A stretch of 64,000 bases of DNA from a virus (IMGVR_UViG_3300011560_000001:160001-224000); one strand, 5' to 3'. Positions 40,560 through 50,050 are shown, counted from the stretch's first letter. Made by a program: numbers and translations. The notes: generated by a model from the letters alone, not told the origin.

Positions 40560-41063
40560 GTGAAACCTCCAGTACGACGATGGAATCGTAAGGATGATGA
40601 ACAGTTGCTGGAATTGTACTATCGTCACCCGAAATTAAAAATCCGTGAAATCGCAGAAATCATGGAAACAACGTACGGTGCAATTAAATCGAGGTTGATG
40701 TACTTAAACGTCGAACGCCGTAAACCGCATAAACGTTTCAGTGTCGATGAGTTGGAACATATCAGACTACACTGTAAGCACAAAAGTTACAAACAGCTCG
40801 CACGCGATTTAAACAGAGATCCAAACAGTATTCGAACAATAGCACACCGCCACGGCTTCAAGCGGTTAAGCGAGGATGATACTAAGATCTTCATAGCCTT
40901 CGTTGATGCATTGTTAGAAGAAACGCAGGATTGGTACCATATTGCTGAACGGGTTAATGCGCATTTTGGCATAACACGGACGAAGCAAGCTGTTTATCAG
41001 CGTTGGTGGCATCATAGAAAGAAAAGAGGGATACAAGATGGGACGACCTCGGCCGTGGCGTAA
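40560..41063 (+). CDS. Myb/SANT-like tandem HTH protein 3 (3 modules)
   Basis: WNRKDDEQLLELY; FSVDELEHI...LARDLNR; W..IA..VN..FG...T. Confidence 0.75.
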   Translation: MKPPVRRWNRKDDEQLLELYYRHPKLKIREIAEIMETTYGAIKSRLMYLNVERRKPHKRFSVDELEHIRLHCKHKSYKQLARDLNRDPNSIRTIAHRHGFKRLSEDDTKIFIAFVDALLEETQDWYHIAERVNAHFGITRTKQAVYQRWWHHRKKRGIQDGTTSAVA

Positions 41064-41541
41064 CGATGAGTTAAAAGATGTTACACACATGTACTTGAAC
41101 ACGTCGCTGACGATTGATGAAATCGCACAACGGACAGGACGAACATACGCCAGCATCGACGCGTGTCTGGGGCGTTTGGGAATACGTCAACGCCAGAAGC
41201 ATCGACCGTATACGGAAGAAGAACGTGCGTACATCAAGTCCGTAATCAAACAAAAATCGCTGCGTGAGATCGCGTACGATTTAAACCGCTCGTATGACTC
41301 GGTTCGTCAGTTTATACGGCTTAATGGAATTCGTCGTGCGTTAACCAAGCAAGAACGGGAAGCGATTATCGCGTTTATCGCGGAACGACTTAACGTCACC
41401 CAAAATTGGAATATTATCACATACGACGTTGTTGTTAAATTTGGGATTACAACGAATAAACATGCGTTGTATCAACGTTGGTGTTATTACACGAAAAACA
41501 AAGGAGTTGCCCATGCGCAAATACCGCCGCTGGACAGATGA
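41038..41541 (+). CDS. Myb/SANT-like tandem HTH protein 4 (3 modules)
   Basis: WRNDELK...IAQRTGRT..SI; YTEEERAYI...IAYDLNRS; QNW..I...V..KFG.T...ALYQRW. Confidence 0.75.
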   Translation: MGRPRPWRNDELKDVTHMYLNTSLTIDEIAQRTGRTYASIDACLGRLGIRQRQKHRPYTEEERAYIKSVIKQKSLREIAYDLNRSYDSVRQFIRLNGIRRALTKQEREAIIAFIAERLNVTQNWNIITYDVVVKFGITTNKHALYQRWCYYTKNKGVAHAQIPPLDR

Positions 41542-42043
41542 GGAACTCTCACGCCTTGAGAGTTACGCGGATCAGATACCCAGACCACCGGTTAGTGATT
41601 TGGCTACTGTATTTCAACGCACAGAAAGCGCGATTAAGAATAAGTTATACGTATTGTTCCCTTCGTCAAGAACCAATGAGGCATATACGAACAACGAGAT
41701 TTCCTATATTCGCGACAATATCCACAGATACTCGGTTAAACAACTGTCAAATCATCTTGGCCGATCGAGAGCGAGTGTCGCCTCCGTAATACGACGCCAT
41801 AAGCTACGACGATACGATCCTGGTGAATGGTGCAAAATTTCAGACCGTATCACGACACTTCGACATGAAGGGGTTAGCTGGAGAGAAGTTGCTCGCATTA
41901 TCAATGTCGAGTTCAAACGGGAGTACCATCACACACATCTTTGTCAGCGTTACTATTATAACACACGTGGTAAAAAATGGCAGCAGGTAAAGAATACACA
42001 ACAACCGAAATCGCATTCATACGCCGAAACGCTGGCGTCATGA
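41513..42043 (+). CDS. Myb/SANT-like tandem HTH protein 5 (3 modules)
   Basis: AAGGAG RBS at 41513; RWTDEEL..L; YTNNEISYI...LGRSRASV; SWREVA.IIN.EF. Confidence 0.75.
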   Translation: MRKYRRWTDEELSRLESYADQIPRPPVSDLATVFQRTESAIKNKLYVLFPSSRTNEAYTNNEISYIRDNIHRYSVKQLSNHLGRSRASVASVIRRHKLRRYDPGEWCKISDRITTLRHEGVSWREVARIINVEFKREYHHTHLCQRYYYNTRGKKWQQVKNTQQPKSHSYAETLAS

Positions 42044-42483
42044 CATCGAAAGAGATCGGTGAAGCGTTAGGGCGGAGTCAGAGAGCAATTAGCGCGATCG
42101 CTTCAATGCTTAACATTAAACTGAGTCATCGTAATCGGAACGATATCTTATCGCGGGTTGTCCATTTACGTGACGGCGAGAAGCGCCGATGGCGGGAGAT
42201 CATTACTATCATTCAGGATGAGTTCGGCATTACGTATTCGGAATCGGGGTTGCAGCGCGGATACCAGCGCGTGAAGCTCGTAACAATAAAGAATACCGAT
42301 CCTACACGTCTTCGGATGTTGAATGAAATCCATCGTTATCGGCAATACGATAAACTTCCGTGGAAAGAGGTGCAAAAACGTATCGAGGTACGTTACAACA
42401 AACTTTATCAAATCACAACACTTTGTCAAATGTACCGACGTCATCGTAATCGACTGTTAGGTAATGAAGGAATTTTAGCATGA
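41977..42483 (+). CDS. Myb/SANT-like tandem HTH protein 6 (1 Myb-like + 2 third-type modules)
   Basis: YTTTEIAFI...IGEALGRS..AI; RWREI..IIQDEFG..Y; PWKEVQ..I...Y. Confidence 0.7.
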   Translation: MAAGKEYTTTEIAFIRRNAGVMTSKEIGEALGRSQRAISAIASMLNIKLSHRNRNDILSRVVHLRDGEKRRWREIITIIQDEFGITYSESGLQRGYQRVKLVTIKNTDPTRLRMLNEIHRYRQYDKLPWKEVQKRIEVRYNKLYQITTLCQMYRRHRNRLLGNEGILA

Positions 42484-43013
42484 GCATCAAAACACTGGTT
42501 ATTAACGAACGACCGTTCTTTTGCGTTAGCACCTCGACGGTCGCTGATCCACATCTTTATCCACATAAACAACAGATTCGTGAACTGTACCGTATTCTCG
42601 ATGATGCGGAATCGGAGGCGTGGGGCACCACGTTTATGTTTGGGAATGTTCCCGATTTAAAACGTGAATATGATTCCTTAGAATTAGAAAAGCGTTTACC
42701 AGACACCGCAATGCTGGTCGTTATGATCGACGCTATCGTTTCGACGCCGGTGGGCCTCTTGGAAGTGAGCACAGAGAGCCATATGGGCATTCACGACGTT
42801 ACATCGATTATTGTAAAACCCGAATATCGTGGGCGCGGTATCGGTCACGCCTTGATGAATGAAGCACGTAACATCGCTTACCAGTGTGGTGGTCATTCTA
42901 TCGGCCTGGATGTTCGTGCCGATAATGATGAAGCCCAGGCGTTCTATGAATCCGAGGGTTTCACTGTAAGATCGTCGTGGTTAACATCGTCCGTAAAACA
43001 CAAAGGAGCTTAA
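42480..43013 (+). CDS. GNAT-family N-acetyltransferase
   Basis: IIVKPEYRGRGIGHALM (motif A), LDV...N..AQAFYE..GF (motif B). Confidence 0.92.
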   Translation: MSIKTLVINERPFFCVSTSTVADPHLYPHKQQIRELYRILDDAESEAWGTTFMFGNVPDLKREYDSLELEKRLPDTAMLVVMIDAIVSTPVGLLEVSTESHMGIHDVTSIIVKPEYRGRGIGHALMNEARNIAYQCGGHSIGLDVRADNDEAQAFYESEGFTVRSSWLTSSVKHKGA

Positions 43014-43014
43014 C

Positions 43015-43440
43015 ATGAGCTGGTTCGATCGTAAATTCTTCACGTTGGAAGAAGTCTTGGACCTACCTTGCGACGCGAATAAGGAAAAGATCGCCGACAT
43101 GCAACGAATCGCACTAACGAACGCAATTAATGATGTCACTCAATTCTCTATCGGTGATCGTGTTGAACTTCCATTTGGAACCGAAGAAGGAAACAATGCA
43201 ACAGCTATCTTCGTCCCAGCTGTTATCGTCGGTGTCCATTTCACGGCATCACAAGTCAGTTATGATCTTGCGATACCTATCGACGGTTGTGACCTGTTTA
43301 TGGTCTTCAACAATTTCCGTGGTGATATGCGTACGATAGACGGAAGCAATGCGACCGATTTCATCGAGAAACGCGTTGCTGAGGCGTTGGTGAAGAAAAC
43401 GCTCGGTACACCGAATCTTAAAGTTATTGAAAATGAATAA
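43015..43440 (+). CDS. Hypothetical protein with possible SH3-like beta-barrel
   Basis: AAGGAG RBS; FSIGDRV...AVIVGVHF....VSYDL. Confidence 0.55.
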   Translation: MSWFDRKFFTLEEVLDLPCDANKEKIADMQRIALTNAINDVTQFSIGDRVELPFGTEEGNNATAIFVPAVIVGVHFTASQVSYDLAIPIDGCDLFMVFNNFRGDMRTIDGSNATDFIEKRVAEALVKKTLGTPNLKVIENE

Positions 43441-43445
43441 TCGTA

Positions 43446-43473
43446 CCCTCCCGACATGGGAGGGCTTATGCCG
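43446..43473 (+). terminator. Hairpin + TTATGCCG element
   Basis: CCCTCCC-GACAT-GGGAGGG then CTTATGCCG. Confidence 0.75.
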
Positions 43474-43488
43474 ATAAAAGGAAACAAA

Positions 43489-44139
43489 ATGAACGATGTT
43501 ATTGCTTTACTCACGCAAGGAGAAACCAAAATGCCGCTGCCGTACCAGCAGCTTGCTAGTATCATAGAACCCATGACGTACCATCAACAATGGACTGTGC
43601 GTGAAGAATATACCCAGCACGTTGGATGGTCGTTGTTAACCATGGATACCGCGCTTCAGTTAGCGAACATCTGTTACGGGCGACGCGTCGCTGACTTGGG
43701 TTGTGGGGCAGGTTACCTGACTTATGTACTACGTAAACTTGGTGTTGAGGACATTACCGCTTACGATATGGAATTACATCCCCACCCGTTTATCGAGGAC
43801 ATTCAGCAGGTCGACTATACGAACATCGATCTTTCACAGTACGATGTTATTTTACTGTCATGGCCACCTTACGACGAACCACAAGCTGCGTTGGTTGCCG
43901 CGCGTATTCAACCACATCAGCTTTTGATCTATCAGGGTGAGGGATACGGGGGCTGCACCGGAGATGACGCCTTCCATTCGATGCTTCGTTCGGATTTCTC
44001 CTCTGTGGAAGAATTCACCGTTAACTTAAATGCACGTCATTTGAACTTTCACGGCATATACGATTCGTGGACGGTTTATCGCAAGCAATCAGATTTTACA
44101 AAACAAAGGGATGATTTGGAAGATACTCGTCATGAATAA
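43489..44139 (+). CDS. Class I SAM-dependent methyltransferase
   Basis: VADLGCGAGYL (motif I), AYD, ILLSWPPY, YQGEGYGGCTGDD. Confidence 0.85.
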   Translation: MNDVIALLTQGETKMPLPYQQLASIIEPMTYHQQWTVREEYTQHVGWSLLTMDTALQLANICYGRRVADLGCGAGYLTYVLRKLGVEDITAYDMELHPHPFIEDIQQVDYTNIDLSQYDVILLSWPPYDEPQAALVAARIQPHQLLIYQGEGYGGCTGDDAFHSMLRSDFSSVEEFTVNLNARHLNFHGIYDSWTVYRKQSDFTKQRDDLEDTRHE

Positions 44140-44149
44140 AGGAAAAGAA

Positions 44150-44836
44150 ATGGAGGACCGTTTTATGTTAATCGTAACTAGTAGACAGGAAGTATCCGAT
44201 TGGCTTAATGTCCATCTTAACGCTAACGCCTCCCCAGGGGGCGTTGTAATCAATCCCGTTTATGACGGGCTGCCGTTCACCGCACGTTACGAGCGTGGTA
44301 AGCTGACCGCAACGAAGGTTAACGACGTCTCATTAAATCCGGAACATGCTTTACGTGTATTTCGTATTCCGTTGACGATCAACTATCGCGGTTTAGCAAA
44401 AGTGATGGTCGTTTCTGGCACGGTATGTAAATACGCCGAAGCATCTATCGATGATTTTCATAATGGGGTAAGACACTTTAGTGCGGTTGCTGTAGGTTAT
44501 CCTGAAGCTGATCGTGTTGAGGTTATCGAACAGGGATCTACTGCTATTCCGTCCGACGTGTTTAAACTACGTTGTTTGTTCGAGACTTGGCGGTTAGCCA
44601 GCTTCAAACAGTCACGTATTGTTCCTCATCGAACCGTGTCGGATGCGCTGCGACAGCTTGATGTGATCGTAGCGGCATTAAATCGGACAAAAGGTATTTC
44701 TGCGTTGCTATTCTCGTTGAACAGTCCAGACGATCGCTCACGAACGCAGAATCCAGACTGTGTGTTCTTAACCCCGGAAGGAGTTATCCATGGTTTACCG
44801 AAGAAGTCTCTGGAAGATAAGATGGCGACGTCTTAA
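44150..44836 (+). CDS. Degenerate (catalytically dead) paralogue of the NAD-ligase adenylation domain
   Basis: S..E...W...INPVYDGL.....YE.G.L ... VVSGTV aligns with ligase S..E...W...IEPKYDGL.....YE.G.L ... EVRGEV; catalytic Lys replaced by Val. Confidence 0.65.
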   Translation: MEDRFMLIVTSRQEVSDWLNVHLNANASPGGVVINPVYDGLPFTARYERGKLTATKVNDVSLNPEHALRVFRIPLTINYRGLAKVMVVSGTVCKYAEASIDDFHNGVRHFSAVAVGYPEADRVEVIEQGSTAIPSDVFKLRCLFETWRLASFKQSRIVPHRTVSDALRQLDVIVAALNRTKGISALLFSLNSPDDRSRTQNPDCVFLTPEGVIHGLPKKSLEDKMATS

Positions 44837-44880
44837 GTGGTTATGTAAAGAGAAATGGAAAAAGATAAAGAGGGCTTTAA

Positions 44881-45480
44881 ATGACAGTGGTGAGTATTAC
44901 TGAGCCGCGGTTTATCCGTGATGTTATCGATCGTCGTCGTTCGGTGATTGTTGCTTACGGACGAATGGAAAGTACCGCACCTCAAGAGCTTTGCGTATTA
45001 TTCCAGGGGTGTTTCATACACCGACAGGAAGGACATAAGGGTAAAATTACCCCCGGCGATTTAATTAAAGCAATGCGTAAGATCGATATCGAACAACGCA
45101 AGCTAAATCTGTCGCATCATCTACCACCCCTCGATGAGGCTGAAGCCAAAGACTTCGCCGATCGGGTTATGAAGTCAGCCATCGTTCAGTACTTCGGAAA
45201 TATGCCAAGCAAACGTAATAAAGCTTTACGTATTGAATCCGATCAATTGCTACATTGGAATTCGAAAGCGTTCAGATTCGAAGAGGTGTTCTTACCCGCT
45301 TTCGGTAAACGGTTGGCGTGGGACTTCTCAACAGAGTATGTTTACAACGGCGACATCCCGCCAGAAATACAACATAAGAAAGGGAAAGTACTGGAAGAGC
45401 AAACAGAAGCTGCAGTCATCGAACAGGTTTACCAGCGTCTGACATTCTGGTTGTTCGGACCAATACTGGAACCTAAGTAA
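44881..45480 (+). CDS. Hypothetical protein
   Basis: 199 aa; GAGG RBS. Confidence 0.6.
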   Translation: MTVVSITEPRFIRDVIDRRRSVIVAYGRMESTAPQELCVLFQGCFIHRQEGHKGKITPGDLIKAMRKIDIEQRKLNLSHHLPPLDEAEAKDFADRVMKSAIVQYFGNMPSKRNKALRIESDQLLHWNSKAFRFEEVFLPAFGKRLAWDFSTEYVYNGDIPPEIQHKKGKVLEEQTEAAVIEQVYQRLTFWLFGPILEPK

Positions 45481-45562
45481 AAAAAAAACATTGCACACCA
45501 AATAACTTTTTAATACCCGGTAAATCCTCCTTATCTAAACATATTTCAAAAGGACAGTAACC

Positions 45563-46009
45563 ATGCAAATTACAAAAGCAGAACGTATCGAAATTTTCAA
45601 AACCACAAAAACCAACGAACAGAATCGAATCGCTAACAATACTCGACTGGTTGCTCGAATGTTGCGTGCAGGCTACGAGCAAGCCTCTCGGTTTACCAGC
45701 CGTTTAAAGCAGACTGGCATTGCTTATTACGACGAAGATAAAAATATTCTGATTTACACCGGATGGATCGAAAACCACTGTTGGTGCGATCATGGGCATG
45801 CGATAATGCACTTGACCTCAGGTGGTAGCGTCAGCGTAACGTTTACACTAACGCCGCTGATGGTGCGTCGCGCATTCCGTATGGATAACTTCACGGAGCT
45901 GCAGGCGTATGTTCCAGTAGCCGCCAAAATGGTATTACCGACGATCCATGACTGCACAGATATCGTATTCGATGGAAAAGATCTTTCCATCACCTACTAT
46001 TTAGATTGA
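45563..46009 (+). CDS. Hypothetical protein
   Basis: AAGGA RBS. Confidence 0.6.
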   Translation: MQITKAERIEIFKTTKTNEQNRIANNTRLVARMLRAGYEQASRFTSRLKQTGIAYYDEDKNILIYTGWIENHCWCDHGHAIMHLTSGGSVSVTFTLTPLMVRRAFRMDNFTELQAYVPVAAKMVLPTIHDCTDIVFDGKDLSITYYLD

Positions 46010-46016
46010 GGGAAAG

Positions 46017-46973
46017 ATGATGGCTGTGCTATCACCCAGATACTTTACCTTCGTTTGCGGTAATAAACCGAAATTCAGTTACACCGACGATATCCATCGC
46101 ATGCTGCGCAATCGCGTAGCAAAAGTGTTGATTGCTCTCATTTCGGAGCGTTACGGATTTGGTCTCGATTACCCTAAAGAAGGAGGTCGGCTGGTTTCCC
46201 CTTTACCACCGAATGAACATCCATTACGACCATTGTTGGATACGGTGATTCTTCCATTGTTTACTGAACACACACCCTTAACGAAAAGTTTATGTCGTCA
46301 TTTGCTCTATGATTACAGTGTGTTGTGGGAGCCATTACGTACGATGCAACCACCGCAGAATTTGGGGGTATTTGACAAGTATGAATCATCGGCCATTGTT
46401 AATCTGCTTGGCGGCGAACGTGCTTTAGGCTGGAACGCTGTCGACGAACTTACGATAAGTTGGGAGGTGAGTAACGTCACAGATTACGACATAGACCGCA
46501 AACAAATCTGTCTCTGGGAGTATACCGGTCCGACGATTCGAGAACTGCTCGATATGTCCAATCTTTTCTACACCGTGGTGATATTGGGTTATCGACCAGG
46601 AGATAAGGACTTCTACCTCGAAAATCATCGATGGCTAACATGCTACGGACACACTTTAACCTACCCAAAACTTGAAGAAATGGGTAGTAATGTTTGGGGT
46701 ATCCGTAATTTAGCCATTCTTCCCGATAACGAGCATTTTGCGAAAATACTTGCCGATAAAGGAGGCACGGAAGATATTTACAACGTATGTTTCGATTTAG
46801 GTATCGCCTGTATCTTTCGTATCGCTGACGTCGGAGGGAGTCCACGCATCGAAAAGGTTGAACGTTATCGTTGGACAGAAGGTACGACACCACCTGATGA
46901 AATCCTCCAACTTTTCCCTGAGGTTGTGGTTAAACGCATCAACGAGATTCGGTCCTATGCAGCAAAGACGTGA
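46017..46973 (+). CDS. Hypothetical protein
   Basis: 318 aa; GAGG RBS. Confidence 0.65.
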   Translation: MMAVLSPRYFTFVCGNKPKFSYTDDIHRMLRNRVAKVLIALISERYGFGLDYPKEGGRLVSPLPPNEHPLRPLLDTVILPLFTEHTPLTKSLCRHLLYDYSVLWEPLRTMQPPQNLGVFDKYESSAIVNLLGGERALGWNAVDELTISWEVSNVTDYDIDRKQICLWEYTGPTIRELLDMSNLFYTVVILGYRPGDKDFYLENHRWLTCYGHTLTYPKLEEMGSNVWGIRNLAILPDNEHFAKILADKGGTEDIYNVCFDLGIACIFRIADVGGSPRIEKVERYRWTEGTTPPDEILQLFPEVVVKRINEIRSYAAKT

Positions 46974-46991
46974 GTGAGTCAACGCATTAAT

Positions 46992-47017
46992 TTTCACGGC
47001 TATATTACCTAGGTGAA
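46992..47017 (+). promoter_or_regulatory. Early (virion RNAP) promoter, TATATTAC type
   Basis: TTTCACGGCTATATTAC-CTAGGTGA matches the 18070 copy (..TATATTAC-TTACGTGA). Confidence 0.75.
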
Positions 47018-47081
47018 GCAATGGGGTCATTAGCTTCACCTTGAATTATTAGCAAGCAATCCAATATAAGAGGATGTCAAG

Positions 47082-47399
47082 ATGTGTATGTTTAAAATGG
47101 CTGTATTCGCTATTCGTAATAATCGCGATATCTTAGGTCATTTGGAAGCCGACGCTGAAGGAACATTGATTCGTTTTATGCGTCGTGTTAAAGAAGCCTT
47201 TGAAAATCGCGAATATCTCGTGGAAGTTGTTGAGGATCTTCCACCGAACTCGATGCGTTTTGTCGCTATCGATGGGTCTGCAACCGACATCCGTTTCATC
47301 ACCGTTAACGACTCAAAGATGATGTTTTCGGGCGATAATACGGTTACGGGACTGTTTCCAATCGTAACGGTTCTGGGTCATTTCTTAAGTGCAAACTAA
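47082..47399 (+). CDS. Hypothetical early protein
   Basis: GAGGA RBS; first gene after the promoter. Confidence 0.6.
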   Translation: MCMFKMAVFAIRNNRDILGHLEADAEGTLIRFMRRVKEAFENREYLVEVVEDLPPNSMRFVAIDGSATDIRFITVNDSKMMFSGDNTVTGLFPIVTVLGHFLSAN

Positions 47400-47460
47400 T
47401 CAGGTCCCCCTAAATGGGGGGGGGCTTTATACCGATTTTATTTCAATAAGGATCTTTATC

Positions 47461-47883
47461 ATGAAACTGTTCAAAAATATCGTACTCGCTATCGTCGCTA
47501 CCCTGGCTTTTGTTAGTGCACAAGCACAAGCTAACTGGATGGCTCGTGGGAATAACTGTTACACCTACAGCGAAGACGGTCGTTATCAGATTGGCATCTC
47601 CGATCGTTCGCTTGTTGTCATGGGTCAATTTCAATGCCGTGCGCACTATCCGATGTCTGATACCGTAGGAATCAATGGACGTGTGTACCAAGCATTGAAT
47701 ATCTGCAGTCCGGACATGCGTTTGATCCCGGTTATTAGCCTTGCGAATACAGATCAAGCTGCTAGCGCAATCGCCAGCCTTAAAGAAGCACGTCGTGCGC
47801 GTATTCGTGCGTTTAACGAAACCATCATCGTAAATACCGATGATATTCAGGCATGCGCTAACAGCGTAGCAGCCGTACGTTAA
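47461..47883 (+). CDS. Exported protein
   Basis: AAGGA RBS; signal peptide MKLFKNIVLAIVATLAFVSAQAQA; 4 Cys. Confidence 0.7.
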   Translation: MKLFKNIVLAIVATLAFVSAQAQANWMARGNNCYTYSEDGRYQIGISDRSLVVMGQFQCRAHYPMSDTVGINGRVYQALNICSPDMRLIPVISLANTDQAASAIASLKEARRARIRAFNETIIVNTDDIQACANSVAAVR

Positions 47884-47921
47884 TATTAAATTGGTTTATT
47901 TAAGTTATTAAGGAAACGATC

Positions 47922-48272
47922 ATGAAAACGTTAACTAAATTGTTTGTTGCTGTTGCTATTCTGTTCGGTAGTGTTGTCGGTTCAGCGCAGGCTGGACTGC
48001 TGGATAGCCCAGAGGTTTACGATAAAGCAAAAGCAATCTACATGGCCATGGAGAGCATGACGCCAGCGGACCTTGAAGAATATGGAGTCGACTTCGGATT
48101 ACCGAAAGAACTTCCAGGAGTTAAGAACCCAATTAACCCCAGCGTGAAATTGAAAGTGGCTGACTTCGAAGTTTTCAACCCCTCTTTCAAGACCTATGCA
48201 CGGGTTCGCATACTTGTTGACCCATCAACCGGTGTTATTCAGGGCGGAGAATACCTCTATCTTGGTAAATAA
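47922..48272 (+). CDS. Exported protein
   Basis: AAGGA RBS; signal peptide ...VVGSAQA|G. Confidence 0.7.
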   Translation: MKTLTKLFVAVAILFGSVVGSAQAGLLDSPEVYDKAKAIYMAMESMTPADLEEYGVDFGLPKELPGVKNPINPSVKLKVADFEVFNPSFKTYARVRILVDPSTGVIQGGEYLYLGK

Positions 48273-48290
48273 TTGAATAAGGACAATACA

Positions 48291-48500
48291 ATGATTCCAA
48301 CTAACCATCTTTTAAGTTTCAATCGTTTCTATAGCAATCCTGGTGTCGACCGGGTACAACCTGCTTTTTTATCACGGTTCCAGGCCGATTATGATGGCGA
48401 TTCCGTGATTGGAAACCGTATCCGTCTGTTGAATCGTCGCAAGAAAGGTCCAGGCAAAGGCAAAGTAAAAATCATTCAACGCTTAATCTCCTATGTATAA
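48291..48500 (+). CDS. 69-aa peptide with RNAP-catalytic-loop-like FQADYDGD and KKGPGKGK motifs
   Basis: AAGGA RBS; direct translation. Confidence 0.6.
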   Translation: MIPTNHLLSFNRFYSNPGVDRVQPAFLSRFQADYDGDSVIGNRIRLLNRRKKGPGKGKVKIIQRLISYV

Positions 48501-48582
48501 ACCAACACTGTTCGATAAGTGCCGCCTGCATATGGGCGGCATCGCTCTGGTCTTTATGTTGTACAATAGTTTTCAAGGAGGT

Positions 48583-48663
48583 ATGTGGGTACGTGCGTCA
48601 TTACTCGCATTCGCATTAGGGATGTTTCTAAAATTAGAATCGTCGCTTTATCAGAGAAAGTAA
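48583..48663 (+). CDS. 26-aa hydrophobic peptide (not in ORF track)
   Basis: Perfect AAGGAGGT RBS, though very close to the ATG; MWVRASLLAFALGMFLKLESSLYQRK. Confidence 0.35.
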   Translation: MWVRASLLAFALGMFLKLESSLYQRK

Positions 48664-48673
48664 GGAGAAGTTT

Positions 48674-48877
48674 ATGATCTGGCTTAAGTTGCTGCGGGGG
48701 CTGATAGGGATGATGTTAGTATGGATAGTCCTTGGGTTTTGTGGGACGATGCTCCTTATGGTGGATGTACCGGCCGCCAGAATTAATGTCGGGTTATGGT
48801 TCGTCTTCTTGATGGTGGCGGTATTCGTTATCGTTACACTGTTGAGGAATGTAGGTAGGAATAAACACAATACTTAA
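48674..48877 (+). CDS. Small two-TM membrane protein
   Basis: AAGGAG RBS; two hydrophobic helices. Confidence 0.6.
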   Translation: MIWLKLLRGLIGMMLVWIVLGFCGTMLLMVDVPAARINVGLWFVFLMVAVFVIVTLLRNVGRNKHNT

Positions 48878-48903
48878 CTCCCCCTGAAACGAGAGCGACT
48901 GTT

Positions 48904-49206
48904 ATGGAACAATTAAAATATCATGATCGAATACTAATCGATCGCGAGCGGGTATTAGATGAAATACGTGGTGTATTATCGCTGTATGAAATTGATCATC
49001 GCCCGATCGTAATGGGGGTTCTAATGAAACAAACGCCGCTTAACTTTCGTGAGTTACGTCGTATCCATAACGGCGTAGAACGTCGTAGAAAGTTAACGGA
49101 TGAGTTAGTGCGAACCGGATTATTACCGGAATTAAGGTACCGTCGCATATATCGTGATCCCGGCGCTCGTGAGAAATACAACTTGTGGCTCGACGGTAGA
49201 GGTTAA
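48904..49206 (+). CDS. Hypothetical protein
   Basis: 100 aa ORF. Confidence 0.5.
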   Translation: MEQLKYHDRILIDRERVLDEIRGVLSLYEIDHRPIVMGVLMKQTPLNFRELRRIHNGVERRRKLTDELVRTGLLPELRYRRIYRDPGAREKYNLWLDGRG

Positions 49207-49460
49207 CATCTTTGAGAAACTATATGAATTCAAACGATGTACGCCTTTACCGCGTTGGATGCGGGAAATGGGTTCTGTTATCCAACGTTATGTTTATTGC
49301 CAAACCAGAGGAGACCGTATTTTCAGTACCGTTTATTACTGTCGTGGATGTCGGGCAAACATCTGACGCTAACCTGCTGCCCGCTGAATAGAACAACCCG
49401 ATAGTCGGGATGCGTTATCAAGACGCCAGTGGACAGCACCTTATCGTGAGGTTAATTAAG

Positions 49461-49958
49461 ATGCAAGGTATTTTACACACGTTGGTTTTAGGGCTTGTAA
49501 TGTTGTTTATCGCGCCGTTAAGTCAAGCATCGGTGAACGCAGGACCTAAAATCGATTGCCGGAAAGAGATCGTCGCATGCGCTGTGTATATGGAAGCCAG
49601 AGGCGAATCTGTAAAAGGGCAATACTCCGTGGCGTTTTTAATACATAATCGATCTATGGACTACCGATTCCCTACGAACGTCAGAGACGTCGTACTGCAA
49701 AGAGGTCAATTCCCCTGGGCAAGACAACAACGAATTGTCATACGCGATCATGCTGCATTCAATCGTGCAAGAGCGATAGCACGAGAGGTCGCAACATTGC
49801 GCAATAACGACATTGTTGCTTACCGTAAAGCCGATCCAACACGAGGAGCCGTATTCTTTAACGCGAAACATCTTCGCCCTAAACATTTCAGAAAACACGC
49901 TACCAATATCACCGTGGTAGACAATCATATTTTCTTTGGTAAACGACGACATACGTAA
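49461..49958 (+). CDS. SleB-like cell wall hydrolase (Hydrolase_2), exported
   Basis: Signal peptide; AVYMEARGES..GQ..VA..I.NR....FP, V.Q.GQFPW, DPT.GA.FF, NHIFF. Confidence 0.9.
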   Translation: MQGILHTLVLGLVMLFIAPLSQASVNAGPKIDCRKEIVACAVYMEARGESVKGQYSVAFLIHNRSMDYRFPTNVRDVVLQRGQFPWARQQRIVIRDHAAFNRARAIAREVATLRNNDIVAYRKADPTRGAVFFNAKHLRPKHFRKHATNITVVDNHIFFGKRRHT

Positions 49959-49970
49959 AACAAATCCATA

Positions 49971-50006
49971 CACCCTCCCTGCCTTATGCGGGGAGGGTTT
50001 ATGCCG
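49971..50006 (+). terminator. Hairpin + TTTATGCCG element
   Basis: ACCCTCCC...GGGAGGGT then TTATGCCG. Confidence 0.75.
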
Positions 50007-50050
50007 TTAAACTGACTAAATGTAATCACCTAATAAAGAAGGAAATCACC

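Noticed and set aside
48583-49958. Holin-endolysin lysis cassette
   Set aside because: The context is early-promoter, the hydrolase has its own signal peptide, and no spanins are adjacent; the TM proteins cannot be called holins from sequence.
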